A DNA stretch of 64,000 nt from Priapulus caudatus. Its lineage: Eukaryota. This document shows, piece by piece, positions 43,257 through 52,400 of this stretch. A program made the translations under genes and the position numbers. How positions within the stretch are numbered: position 1 is the stretch's first letter; each line of letters starts with the position of its first letter. The notes beneath the pieces were generated by a model that ran no database searches, was not told where the DNA came from, and saw nothing but the letters and a program-made list of their open reading frames with translations. The stretch covers positions 673,302 to 737,301 of the forward strand of contig NW_014577066.1 in assembly GCF_000485595.1 (NCBI RefSeq), in the 5' to 3' direction.

Positions 43257-46200
43257 GTGCGTGTTTGTGTGTGTGTTTGTGTGTGTGTGTGTTTGAGAGA
43301 GAGAGAGGGGGGGACTTCTCACGCGGGTTGTAAGGTTGTATAGTTGCGTGACATTGCTGTTTGGTGTCCAAATAGATGTCGAAATGTGTAGAAAGGATGT
43401 GAGAATCGATTATGTAGAAAGATGTAGGCGGTATCTCATCATATCATTTCGTCTGCAATCCACAGGGACCGCTGTCGCTCCAGTTCATTATTGAGAACTG
43501 TAAGGAGCTGCTGGGTGATGACGTCACTGAGCTGTTCGGAGAGCCTGTGGATAGAGACGGATCACTACATGACTCCGACTCCACACACAGTATGCGAGAG
43601 CTTACAGGTAACAAGCGCTATTTCTAGAATAGATGCGTACCGAATATTAATATGTATATATCTTCACCTATAGCAGTGGTTCTTAACCTTTTTTGAGTCA
43701 TGTACCCCTTTGAGAGTCTGGTGAAAGCTACGGACCCCTCCCCACAAAAATGTACATAAGAACATAAACACAAAATTTTGCATACAATAAGGTTAATCGA
43801 CCCCCTGAAGACCATCCACGGACTCGTTTGGGGTCCATAGACCACAGGTTAAGAACCCCTGACCTATAGTGTCGATTAGAAGAGCACTTCGAAAAGAATT
43901 AGCACACGTGTGGTCTCTATATTGTTGAAAATACTCATAATTATTGTGGCATGCGCAAGTACTTCGTGCAAAGTGTAAAATGTAATAGTGACGCAAATAA
44001 AATTGACATAATAGTCGTGGTTACATATACACAACTGAATATGTAATTGAAGCGGGTATTATAGTTGACATAGTTGAAGTAGTTTAATTGCGTTACTCTT
44101 ACAGATACTGCAGTTCATGTAGTTGTAACTTGTAACACTAGCAGAAATCACGCTTTTTTTTACTCGCTAACTAATTTTAATGCCAAGGCTACCTTCTGTT
44201 TGTAGTGGCTGATTATTAACATACATGACTTAACTATGCTTAATGCTCGCGTGTCTATCACAGGTCAACTTGCTAGAGACAACTCATCAGTGGATAGTCT
44301 CGAGTGCGAGCTGGAGATAGACACAGAAGGCAAGGAGGCGTCTCCTACCAACCAGACATCACCGACCAACCTGAGTCGGGACTCAGGCCTCACGCTCAGC
44401 TATCAACACCTGTTTGACGGAGAGGAAGACACCGAGTATAGGTGAGCAATTAAGTTTAGAAACCGCATAATTTAATTTAAGTTAAGAAGTTTTTATTATG
44501 AGTTAAAATTAATAAATTAATAAAATTATCCAATAATTATCATAATATATTATAATTTATATATTTAATAATATATAATAATTACCCAAAATTAATCGAG
44601 AACGCACGCATCTCACTATAAAAATCTACTAGATAAAAATGAACTCTTGGCGTAGAGCTTGTGACCGGTACTTAGTTACATTAATTACACGGCCATGTTC
44701 TGGCATCGAATTTCCAACGTATATTCTCACTGTGTAACAGTGAGAATGTTGCCATGGTTTACATTGCCACAAAAGCCGCAAATTTCATCGATTTTCGGAA
44801 TGCGCATGTGACACACGCTATACGATTGTTGTTGACAGGGAGGAGGAAGACACGAGCAAAGCAAAGCATGCGGCCCATGCGGCTCACGGCGCCAACGGTC
44901 ACGACTACCTCAGCAAGAGCCTGACCAGCCACGGCTACGGTGACGCCACTGATCACTCGTGCTGCGGCGGCACGTCGGTCGACTCGCTGCTCGCCGGCGA
45001 CGGAATCGACGGTGGCCAGCTGTTCACGACGCACGAGATGGGCACGCTGCTGCGCTCACCTAGCGGTGGCCACCTGTACTACAACGACGAGGCGGCAGAG
45101 GGCGCCACGACACCCGAGAAGAGGCTCGACAACCGCCGCCGCGCGGGCAAGATGTTCTACCTTTCCGCGCAGCCGCTGCGGCCCGCCCACCACAACAAGG
45201 GCCGCGCGCCGTCGCCGCCGCCGCGTCGCCACCGCAGCGGCGGCGCGTCGGGCGGCGTGCTGGTGAAAGAGAAACGCAGCTGCAGTTACGACGGCGTGCT
45301 CACCGAGCCCGAGCAGACGCCGGCAGCGCCCCCTGGCGGCGCCGCGCGGCAGTCGCGCAGCACTGCCAGCGGCGGCTCGATGAGTCGGTCGAAGAGCGAG
45401 GGCGGACGCGTCAGGATGGCACACGAACGCAGTCCGTCGCCGCAGGTGCCGCCTCGCCACAAGAAGCACGCGAAGACGCCGGGCAGCAACGACCCGCCCG
45501 TCTACATCCCTGCGCCCGACTACAACGTGCGCGCGGCAGGCGGGGACGGCGGCAGCGGCAGCGGCGGCGGCGGCCGCGGAGGTTGCAGTGCGCCTGACGA
45601 CCCGCGGCGCACGCGCAAGCCGTCGAATGGCTCCGGCGGCTACTTCTCGGCCGAGTCGGACTACAGCTACGACCACAGCCGCTCGAACAGCGCGACGAGC
45701 AATGACGAGGCGCGCCGCAACCAGCGGCCCTACATACACACGATCAAGATCGGCGGCGCCGCCAACGACGTCGTCTACGAGGTGAAGAGCGACGACCGGC
45801 TGAACAGCAGCTACGAGAGCAACTGGCAGCGCGTGCTCGACACGCCGACGTCCGCCGCGTCGACGCCCGGCCCGCATGGGGCGCCACCGGTCGAGTGGAA
45901 GTTGCAGCGGCCGCCGACGTACGAGGAGACGATGCAGCGCGGCTCGTCGTCGTGGATCGGCGGCGACGACCGCATCCTCATCAGGCAGAAGGTGAAGGAC
46001 ATGGGTGCCAAGCTGATGTACCAGGACTCGCTGCGGCAGTACCAGCGCGAGCACAACGCCGAGACAGCGGGCGCCGCCGCGCCGCAGACGCCTGGAGCCG
46101 AGCTGGTGTCCGAGCGCGAGCGACCACACTCGACAAGCAACATGCAGATACCGGACGGCACATACCGCGCCGTGCCCGTGCACCGCAGCAACAGCGACAC

Positions 46201-46930
46201 CAAGTACCGCGCTCACTCGCAGCAGCGCCCCTACGCGGCGACGCTCAGCGGACGCGAGCTGCAGCAGCGCCCCCGCGTGGCGCCCGCAGCGAAGGCGAGC
46301 ACTCGTGAGCCGAAAAAGGCGGCCGCACTCGCGTCAGTCGCCGAGGTCGGCGAAAAGCCGACGCACCCTGGAGGCAGGGCGGCGTACTACTACGGCATGG
46401 AGGATGAGAGTAAGGGCCGGACGGTGGCGGAGAGTGCGACGCGGCCGCGCTCGAAGGAGCGCTTCTTCTACGGCATGGAAGACGAGAGAGGGGCAGCACG
46501 CGGCCAGGAGGCCGCCGTCACGAGATCGGAGTACGGTGGCGCCGCCACGGCCGGCAGCAGCCGACCGCGCCGGTCCGGCCGCGACACCTACTACTACGGC
46601 ATGGACGCCGGCAGCAAGAACGACGTGCGTATGAGGGCGCCACCGCGCGCCGGCGCCGCCGCCAGGCAGCGCGTGTTCGGTATGCCGCACCATCAGGCGC
46701 CGCGCAGCAGCGTGTCCGACCTGCGGCAGACATTCGAGAAGCCAGCGTGCAGCACGCGCAGCGAGTACGCCATCGCGCCCTACAGACCGTGGCAGGGCCG
46801 CGACGACGCGAGGTACGAGAGCCAGTCCGACTACAGGCCGCCGAGCGACGCCAGCGCCATCTATTACACGTACACGGCGCGCCAGCTGCGCAGGAAGTCC
46901 GGTCTGCGTGACTCGGAGTCGTACGTGTAG
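2879..46930 (+). CDS. ARHGAP20: ARHGAP20/TAGAP-family Rho GTPase-activating protein (PH + RA + RhoGAP + long disordered C-terminus). Spliced model: 2879-3241 (or 32309-32599), 36899-37024, 37164-37237, 37738-37834, 38155-38219, 38758-38952, 39298-39382, 39635-39712, 39888-40113, 40655-40839, 41367-41528, 41914-42022, 42503-42692, 43466-43607, 44264-44441, 44839-46930
   Basis: Hand-spliced GT-AG exons with matching phases at every junction except 42022/42503. Translations give ARHGAP20-type motifs in the expected order: [31 protein letters not shown] (PH); [22 protein letters not shown] (RA); [48 protein letters not shown] (RhoGAP); [11 protein letters not shown]. Symbol is by recalled similarity; the gene is probably a co-ortholog of ARHGAP20 and TAGAP. 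Confidence 0.92.
3420..6015 (+). repeat. Two noisy overlapping copies of segment ~100-1540 separated by a 25-N gap (4526-4550)
   Basis: 3420-4525 follows ~100-996 and 4551-6013 follows ~311-1537, both with dense indels. Confidence 0.9.
6015..6600. repeat. (TA)n + imperfect (CT)n microsatellite
   Basis: Read directly; similar (CT)/(GA) tracts at 9255-9440, 11255-11462, 28370-28435 and 29731-29768. Confidence 0.9.
10660..11017. repeat. Imperfect (CA)n microsatellite
   Basis: Read directly; similar (CA)/(TG) tracts at 696-755, 15280-15330, 21890-22016 and 41697-41826. Confidence 0.9.
11765..12662. repeat. Compound (CTG)/(TAC)/(CAC)n trinucleotide tract, noisy
   Basis: Read directly. Confidence 0.95.
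13223..13532. repeat. Degenerate ~24-bp minisatellite (CATAGAGGGCTACCCAGACCCCAT-like), ~13 copies
   Basis: Recurring GAGGGCTA..CAGACCC units. Confidence 0.8.
16217..16345. repeat. 48-bp tandem repeat, ~3 copies
   Basis: GGGTTCATGCTTGCGTGCGTTCGTGC recurs at 48-bp spacing. Confidence 0.8.
17676..17748. repeat. (CATCGT)12 hexanucleotide repeat
   Basis: Read directly. Confidence 0.95.
18129..18173. mobile_element. 45-bp hairpin element in a (TA)n tract
   Basis: Perfect 15-bp inverted ends CAAGAGCTAATAATA / TATTATTAGCTCTTG with TA runs on both sides. Confidence 0.55.
19176..19380. repeat. 18-bp minisatellite TACCCTTTGACGTAGAGC, ~11 copies
   Basis: Read directly; variants clustered at the array ends. 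Confidence 0.95.
22364..22655. repeat. Near-exact ~145-bp tandem duplication containing (ATC)n
   Basis: TATAACGTTGTTATTACTATAATGCCGCC starts at 22364 and at 22509. Confidence 0.9.
23688..23872. repeat. Compound (GTGC)/(GTAC)/(GAGC)n tetranucleotide repeat
   Basis: Read directly. Confidence 0.85.
30571..30695. repeat. 25-bp minisatellite GCTTCTCTCGTGTGCTTGTCTACAY, ~5 copies
   Basis: Read directly. Confidence 0.85.
32309..32599 (+). CDS. Candidate proximal alternative first coding exon (1b), 97 codons, [17 protein letters not shown]...RGTVQQ
   Basis: GCCATGA start, open frame, CAG|GTAACG donor at 32600 in phase 0, GC-rich upstream region. Confidence 0.6.
32988..34350. mobile_element. Foldback / Mutator-like non-autonomous element with long inverted arms and internal tandem repeats
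   Basis: ~217-bp inverted arms (33035-33251 vs 34019-34235), 42-bp subterminal repeats (34159-34320), ~175-180-bp internal repeats (33471-34120), flanking direct repeat GTTCTATGT(G) at 32979 and 34351; contains a 10-N gap at 33460-33469. Confidence 0.8.
36899..37024 (+). CDS. Phase 0-0 exon [42 protein letters not shown] (constitutive, cassette or short first exon)
   Basis: TTGCAG acceptor ending 36898, CAA|GTAGGT donor at 37025, 126 nt with no stop and coding-like composition. Confidence 0.6.
37164..37237 (+). CDS. RhoGAP gene exon [25 protein letters not shown]
   Basis: TTTTCAG acceptor, TC|GTAAGT donor (phase 2); resembles the KMKTLAERRRS segment recalled from ARHGAP20. Confidence 0.8.
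37738..37834 (+). CDS. RhoGAP gene exon, start of PH domain (...[14 protein letters not shown])
   Basis: TTTTTCTCAG acceptor, phase 2 in, TCG|GTACGT phase 0 out. Confidence 0.85.
38155..38219 (+). CDS. PH-domain exon [21 protein letters not shown]
   Basis: TTCTTGTAG acceptor, AA|GTAAGT donor; classic PH strand motif R-x-L-F-x-F-x-D-L-L-L. Confidence 0.9.
38758..38952 (+). CDS. PH-domain exon [18 protein letters not shown]...[29 protein letters not shown]
   Basis: CTTACAG acceptor, GA|GTGAGT donor, phase 2-2; includes the C-terminal PH helix Trp. Confidence 0.92.
39298..39382 (+). CDS. Exon linking PH to RA domain ([28 protein letters not shown])
   Basis: TGTACAG acceptor, CAT|GTAAGT donor, phases 2-0. 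Confidence 0.88.
39635..39712 (+). CDS. RA-domain exon [26 protein letters not shown]
   Basis: CACTTCAG acceptor, AAT|GTGAGT donor, phase 0-0; RA-type K-S/T-x-x-I motif. Confidence 0.9.
39888..40113 (+). CDS. RA-domain exon ...[28 protein letters not shown]...[15 protein letters not shown]
   Basis: GTGTAG acceptor, AG|GTAAGC donor (phase 1); YPLIGHE motif characteristic of the ARHGAP20 RA domain. Confidence 0.93.
40655..40839 (+). CDS. Exon entering RhoGAP domain ([11 protein letters not shown]...[23 protein letters not shown])
   Basis: TCGTAG acceptor, ATG|GTACGT donor, phases 1-0. Confidence 0.9.
41367..41528 (+). CDS. RhoGAP exon with catalytic arginine finger (GIFR, Arg codon 41418-41420)
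   Basis: GTACAG acceptor, AAG|GTAACA donor, phase 0-0; [30 protein letters not shown]...SATVLK. Confidence 0.95.
41914..42022 (+). CDS. RhoGAP exon [19 protein letters not shown]...; ends one base out of phase with the next exon
   Basis: TTATTCAG acceptor; strong C|GTAAGT donor at 42023 gives phase 1, while the next exon needs phase 2. Confidence 0.88.
42503..42692 (+). CDS. RhoGAP exon [16 protein letters not shown]...[20 protein letters not shown]...ATQK
   Basis: Long polypyrimidine tract + GCAG acceptor, AAG|GTAGGG donor; N-x-M-x-x-x-N-L RhoGAP motif. Confidence 0.93.
42709..43307. repeat. Noisy (TG)n tract in a RhoGAP intron
   Basis: Read directly. Confidence 0.9.
43466..43607 (+). CDS. 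Exon ending RhoGAP domain ([25 protein letters not shown]...)
   Basis: CCACAG acceptor, AG|GTAACA donor, phases 0-1. Confidence 0.9.
43674..43861. mobile_element. Intact 188-bp non-autonomous hAT (Charlie/Buster) MITE in a RhoGAP intron
   Basis: TIRs CAGTGGTTCTTAACCT / AGGTTAAGAACCCCTG (16 bp, 1 mismatch); perfect 8-bp TSD ACCTATAG at 43666-43673 and 43862-43869 with central TA. Confidence 0.95.
44264..44441 (+). CDS. Post-GAP exon ([13 protein letters not shown]...[14 protein letters not shown]...)
   Basis: TCACAG acceptor, AG|GTGAGC donor, phases 1-2. Confidence 0.88.
44839..46930 (+). CDS. Terminal coding exon, ~696 aa low-complexity tail ending ...DSESYV*
   Basis: TTGACAG acceptor in phase 2, in frame with the 630-aa ORF 45038-46930; very strong GC3 bias. 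Confidence 0.92.
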
Positions 46931-48275
46931 TTTTAAGGAGGCGGGCTCACCTCCCCCCAACCTTCCCGACCCCCTCCCTCCCAACAGGAAAAGCTGTATA
47001 TGCTCCACCCTGGGCTCACGAGTGGCTTTTGTTATGATAAAGTTTATTATATTTATCTGTAGAATTGTGACAGCGAGTGTAGATTCTGCATACCTTATAT
47101 ATAGTATATATATATATAAATATATGCATAAATAATATATGCATGTAATGCAGTGCATATTGCAGAGATGTCGTGTAGATGATTAGCGTGAAGTGAGAAG
47201 ACCTCACTGACACACGCGTGCCGGCTGTGTCTAGAAGCGTAGCTGTACAGTGTACATACGTTGTTCCGTTATAGTAGCTCGTAAACATGATTGTTAATTG
47301 ACTAGAGTGATAGAGAGATTTTTCTAACGGCTGCAGTGAAGGTGTCTACCTCATAATTCGTAATCTCACCACGGTGCCCATCGCTTTACCTTCTCTATTG
47401 TCGACCATTTAACCTGTACATAATTTTGCGTAGCCCATAGCTGTTCTCACACACTCAATTGCTCAACCAACACTAGCCCGGGTACGCTATTGCTAGCGCA
47501 CGCCCCTACTCTAGCCAAGCCTTGCCCTGGACCTGTCCCCTACCCAAGGGATCCGCTTTCACCGGATTGTGAACGGCCGCGCTCTACTAGCATCTACCTA
47601 CACTTGACACAGACTTTTCATCAGCTCTCATACATTCTCGCTAATGTTACTGCTTGTTCTAATATTCCTCTCCGACCGACCGCGTTCACGATGACCTCCA
47701 CCACATCACCTGCAACTGGCAGCCATGGAAAAATGAGAAAAAATATGTATAGTATTGAAATCGTATTGCGTGCGAAATTTTTTCGCATTGTGATTTATAT
47801 AATGTATGTTATCGCGTGCCTATGAGAGAGGGTAAGGCATAATATCAAGGTGATCTATATCCTGCCAAGCGTCAACGCGTGCAGGTAGCGCAGGTTGGGA
47901 AAGAAACTTGGGTTAGCATTGAGACGCATACGTTTTTACGTGATTTTTTTTATTGCGACTGTAAATATTCGGATATACGCATTGACGTATAGACAATATA
48001 TTGTCTATAGTTACTTCTCGCTGAATATAAATGCTGCTGCATGTGGATGCGTGCGTGCATGCGTGCGTAGGCGAAGCAACACCACCGAGCAGTGCGTTTT
48101 GTATAGGGATTATTGATGTATAGAGCAGCAGAGCTGACTACTATACTCGTGTTACTGCGGTGTGAACGTTAACTATATGTGCAACAATTAAGCTGTGTTA
48201 CAAGTGGCGTAGCGTAGCAATGTTAATGATAATTGTATGTAGTATATACATGACATAATCAAACCTGTTGTCACA

Positions 48276-48281
48276 AATAAA
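48276..48281 (+). terminator. Candidate polyadenylation signal of the RhoGAP gene
   Basis: AATAAA ~1.35 kb after the stop, followed ~25 nt later by a GT/T-rich element (GCTGTGTTTCTTTT). Confidence 0.5.
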
Positions 48282-49446
48282 GTGATACAATAATAATATT
48301 TCTGGCGCTGTGTTTCTTTTACGTACTATGTACGTGTTGCGAGACAAATAGCGATAGACTGTTGCTTGAGAGAAGTTTATGAGAGAGCCGTAGATGCCAT
48401 ATCTGACCCTATAATCTATCGCACGTTTTATGGAAGTTTTGGAGTATTTTTAACCTGTCACTGAGATCAACATTTTTCATTTCTAAGTATTCCGAGCATT
48501 GCTGTCTACGGCACTATTATTTCAACAAAATCACATACGAATATCATACACTACTTTACAAACGGCAACGAAGAAATGCGCGGAATTGGGATGTTGATAG
48601 GGCTCCCACTTATTTTATACCCACTTATTTTATACCCACTTATTTATATACCAACTTATTTTATTAGGAAGGTAACATTTTTATAGAAATCTATTCCTGA
48701 TAATTCGCTCTCCTAAAAGCATAACTTAGAGCAAAATGTGACTTTTAATTAATTTAGTTTAAAAGCATTTAATTTAGAGTGTGGCATGCCTAGAGAAGGT
48801 GCGCATCGAAAAATGCACCCTCGCTACTTCAACGTGGTGGCACTGCTCTACCGACGGCTCCTGGTTATACCAATGTACAGGGATATGGTGGGGATACGTC
48901 GGCGACCTGGGAAATGACTTAGGGTCGAAGATAGAGAGATACAAGGAAGGAAGAAGGACAGATAGAAGACTTGCCCACAGACACATCTGATACTACAATC
49001 GACCGCACGATTTAAGATTTGGAATATTTTCCGCCTTATAATTACTGATGTGAGACATTGATGTAAAATATCCATATCTTATTACTCGTGAGAGTGTGCT
49101 CACTGCACGTGTATACTTTTAATCATTGTAAATCTTTATAAAATTACATGTAAATGTATTTCGCGTAACATATTATCAAGAGTAGATAATAACACATGTT
49201 ATTATCTACTCTTGATATTATACACCATTTCTCATGCGCGACACTAGCGCCGATAAACAGCAACGAAAATTTCACGGAAGTTGATAAGATTGTGCTCCAT
49301 GCTGATGTTATCATATTAGTGAGGTAGTGCATGTCACCTTTTCCAGAAATACCGACACCCGAGTCATTGCCTCTTTTTTAAATGTATAATGTTATCAAGA
49401 TATGCATTATTACAGCAGATGGTAAACATGCACACGGATATGGTTG

Positions 49447-52400
49447 GCCACATCGTACTCAAAAATAATTATTTTTTACCACGGTAGAAATAATTCATCC
49501 GCGATTAATTATGGCCCTTTCACCTATCACATAAGTTAACCGCGTACAAAAAATTCCCCATTTTTCGAAAGGTGGGGAACGCAATATCAAATGTCCCCAG
49601 GTTTTTCAACATGTGCTTCGGCATAATTATAAGCCTCTTCTATAATATTATTATTTTGTGCTTGTCTCCACTAAACGAAAAAATAGAAAGTATGAAAAAT
49701 GACAGCCTAAACTGAATACAGGAACCGCGACCGTATACGGCTGCTAGTGCCATAGTGGGATATTGAAAGTATTTGCTATAGTCTCTCGAGTTCCAAATCT
49801 TGTCACTCTATATCCGATCTTACAAGCATGCAAATGAATTTAACATAGACTTGTAATATGTAAGACTAGTACGCACGCGATCGCTAGCTCTCCAGTAGCT
49901 ATTGATATCTGTGGTAGATATGTACATTCGTATATATATTATATATACTATCGTTGTATATATTACGTACTTTATTTTAGGTCGCACACGCCTCAAACAG
50001 TGCTCGCGCATGCGCCACTATCTTCCGAAAAGATTTATAATATTTTGCAAAAATTATGATTTAGAATGAAGAAGGGTCAACCTAGCATATGACAAAATTC
50101 ATACGTTGACCTCAATGAGAAACTAGGAAGCAGACCTTGCTAGTAGGTCCCCGCCTGATATACAAGTCAGTATAACCTGAATACTGCTTTAGCAATGCGC
50201 ATATCTCACCAGAGTAGTTAGATTTTGTTATTAAAATGCATTTAGTATGGTCAGGGGTATCTCGGTAGAGGTTTCGGCAATAAATATTATCAGTAGACCT
50301 GTGTTTATAATTAGGAAAGCGCCATAGCCTGTAGGGTGCAAAACTCCTTCATCCGCGCCGCCCTTTCCCTTGTCTACCTTGACGCACGCTCAGCCTTTTC
50401 CTTCTTCACCGCACCTCAGCTATCTTCCCTGCCGCCTTCCAACAGTCTCTCACCCTTCTTTCTCCTTACCAGGCCGTATTTACGTACTTTCCCGTTGGAT
50501 GTATTGCACGTCTGAAACGGTGCTCGCGGCATGCGCAATATTTCCGAGATAATAATATTTTGCAAACATTATTAATTTAAAATGAAAGAGGTTTCCTCGC
50601 ATAGATCTATATCAGTAAAATGTTATTAGTAGACCTCACTTCAGAATAGGAAGCATACCTTGCATGTAAGGTAGGGGGCCTACCGCTGCAGATATTCTAA
50701 TTTTCTACAGCCTCTCAACTACAGTATCTTCCCTGCGGCAAGCTATTATGAAGTTTGTCTCAGACGGCCACTGCACGTCTAACACGGTGCGCGTATTATA
50801 TAATCTATGCTAGGATTAACTCCTCTTCTTTTAAATGCATATCTTTTGCAAATACGATTTCTCTCGGAGATTTGGCATGAGCGCGCACCCGTGTTGGGCG
50901 TGCAGTTTGGCCGGTCTGAGGAAAAAGTTCATAATCATAGCTTGCTGCGGTGTGAGAGGAGATGGGAGACTGCGGAAAGGCGGGTAGGAAGATAGCTGGG
51001 GGCGGGTCGAAGAAGAGGAGGCTGAGCGAGGGTACAGGGAGGGCAGGGGAAGGAAGGGAGGCATAAGTAGTCGGTTTTGTATCCTACCATGCTAGGCGCG
51101 CTCCTAATTAAAACACCAGGGTCTATAGCTAAAAAGTTTATTAGCCGGAAAGCTATGCTGACGATATCACATATACATTTATATGTAATCATCAACAAAA
51201 ATATAACTCCTGCTGGTGAGCTATTTGCGCATGCGCTAACACACTAACGTAGCCAGATGTGTACTGGCTGATTACGCAGCGGGGCCCTTACATGCGAGGT
51301 CTTATCCTCCCGATTTTCTTAAACATGTCAACTGACTGGAATGTTATCATATATATGCTATGGCTCTAAAATAACTCCTCTTCATTTTATTAATGCGATA
51401 ATCTTTGCAATAATACGATTTCTCTGCGAGATTTGCGTATGAGTGCGCACCGCCCCTGTTGAGCGTGCAGTGCCGTTGGGGAAACTCATATATGCTTGCT
51501 GCGGTGGAGAGGGGTGGGAGACTGCGGAAAGGCGGTAGGAAGATAGCTGGGGCGGTAGAAGAAGAAGGAGGGCAGAGCGAGGGACAGAAGGAGGCAAGGG
51601 AAGATGGGCGGAGGGCATAAAGTTGTTGTTTGTATCCTATCATGCTGGGGCGCGCTCCTATTACAAACACAGGTCTACTGATAAAAGTTTATTGGGGAAT
51701 CTTATGCTGAGATATCACATAACATTTTAAATGTTATTATCACATATAACTCTCTGGTGAGATTTGCGCTATCGCTAACACACTAACGTGCAGTGGTGTA
51801 CTGGCGTATACGCAAGCGGGGACCTTACATGCGAGGTCTTACTGCTACTTCCTTAAATCATGTCACTTATAGGGATGTTATAATGATCTACTATGCTAAA
51901 ATAATTCCTCTTCATTTTTATGATATATTATTGCAAATACGTTCTGATCGGGAGATTTGCGCATGCGCGCGACAGTGTTAGGCGTGCAGTGCTCGTCTGA
52001 AGAAAACTTTTATAATATAGCTTGCTGCGGGGCAAGAAGGATGGGAGACTGGAGGAAAGGCGCAGGGCGCGGCGTTTTTTTTTAGAACGAGTATGATTGC
52101 TGAGCGGGGACAGGGGAGGCAAGGGGAAGAGCGAGGGGCATAAGTAGGTCTTTTGTAGCCTACAGCTAGGGCGGCTCGCCTAATTATAACACAGGTCTAC
52201 TGATAACATGTTTATTAGGGAAAATCTGTGCTGTAGATAGTCCCCTAACCATTTTAAATGTATAATTCCATAACAAATTAACTCTCTGGTGGAGACATTG
52301 CGGCATGCGCTAACACACTACATAGCCAGTGGTGCTTGGCTTCTATTACGCAGCGGGGATCTTACATGCAAGTCTTCTACGATTTCTTAACATAATGTCT

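Noticed and set aside
45056..47158. 386-aa and 274-aa antisense ORFs
   Set aside because: Shadow frames of the GC3-rich terminal RhoGAP exon.
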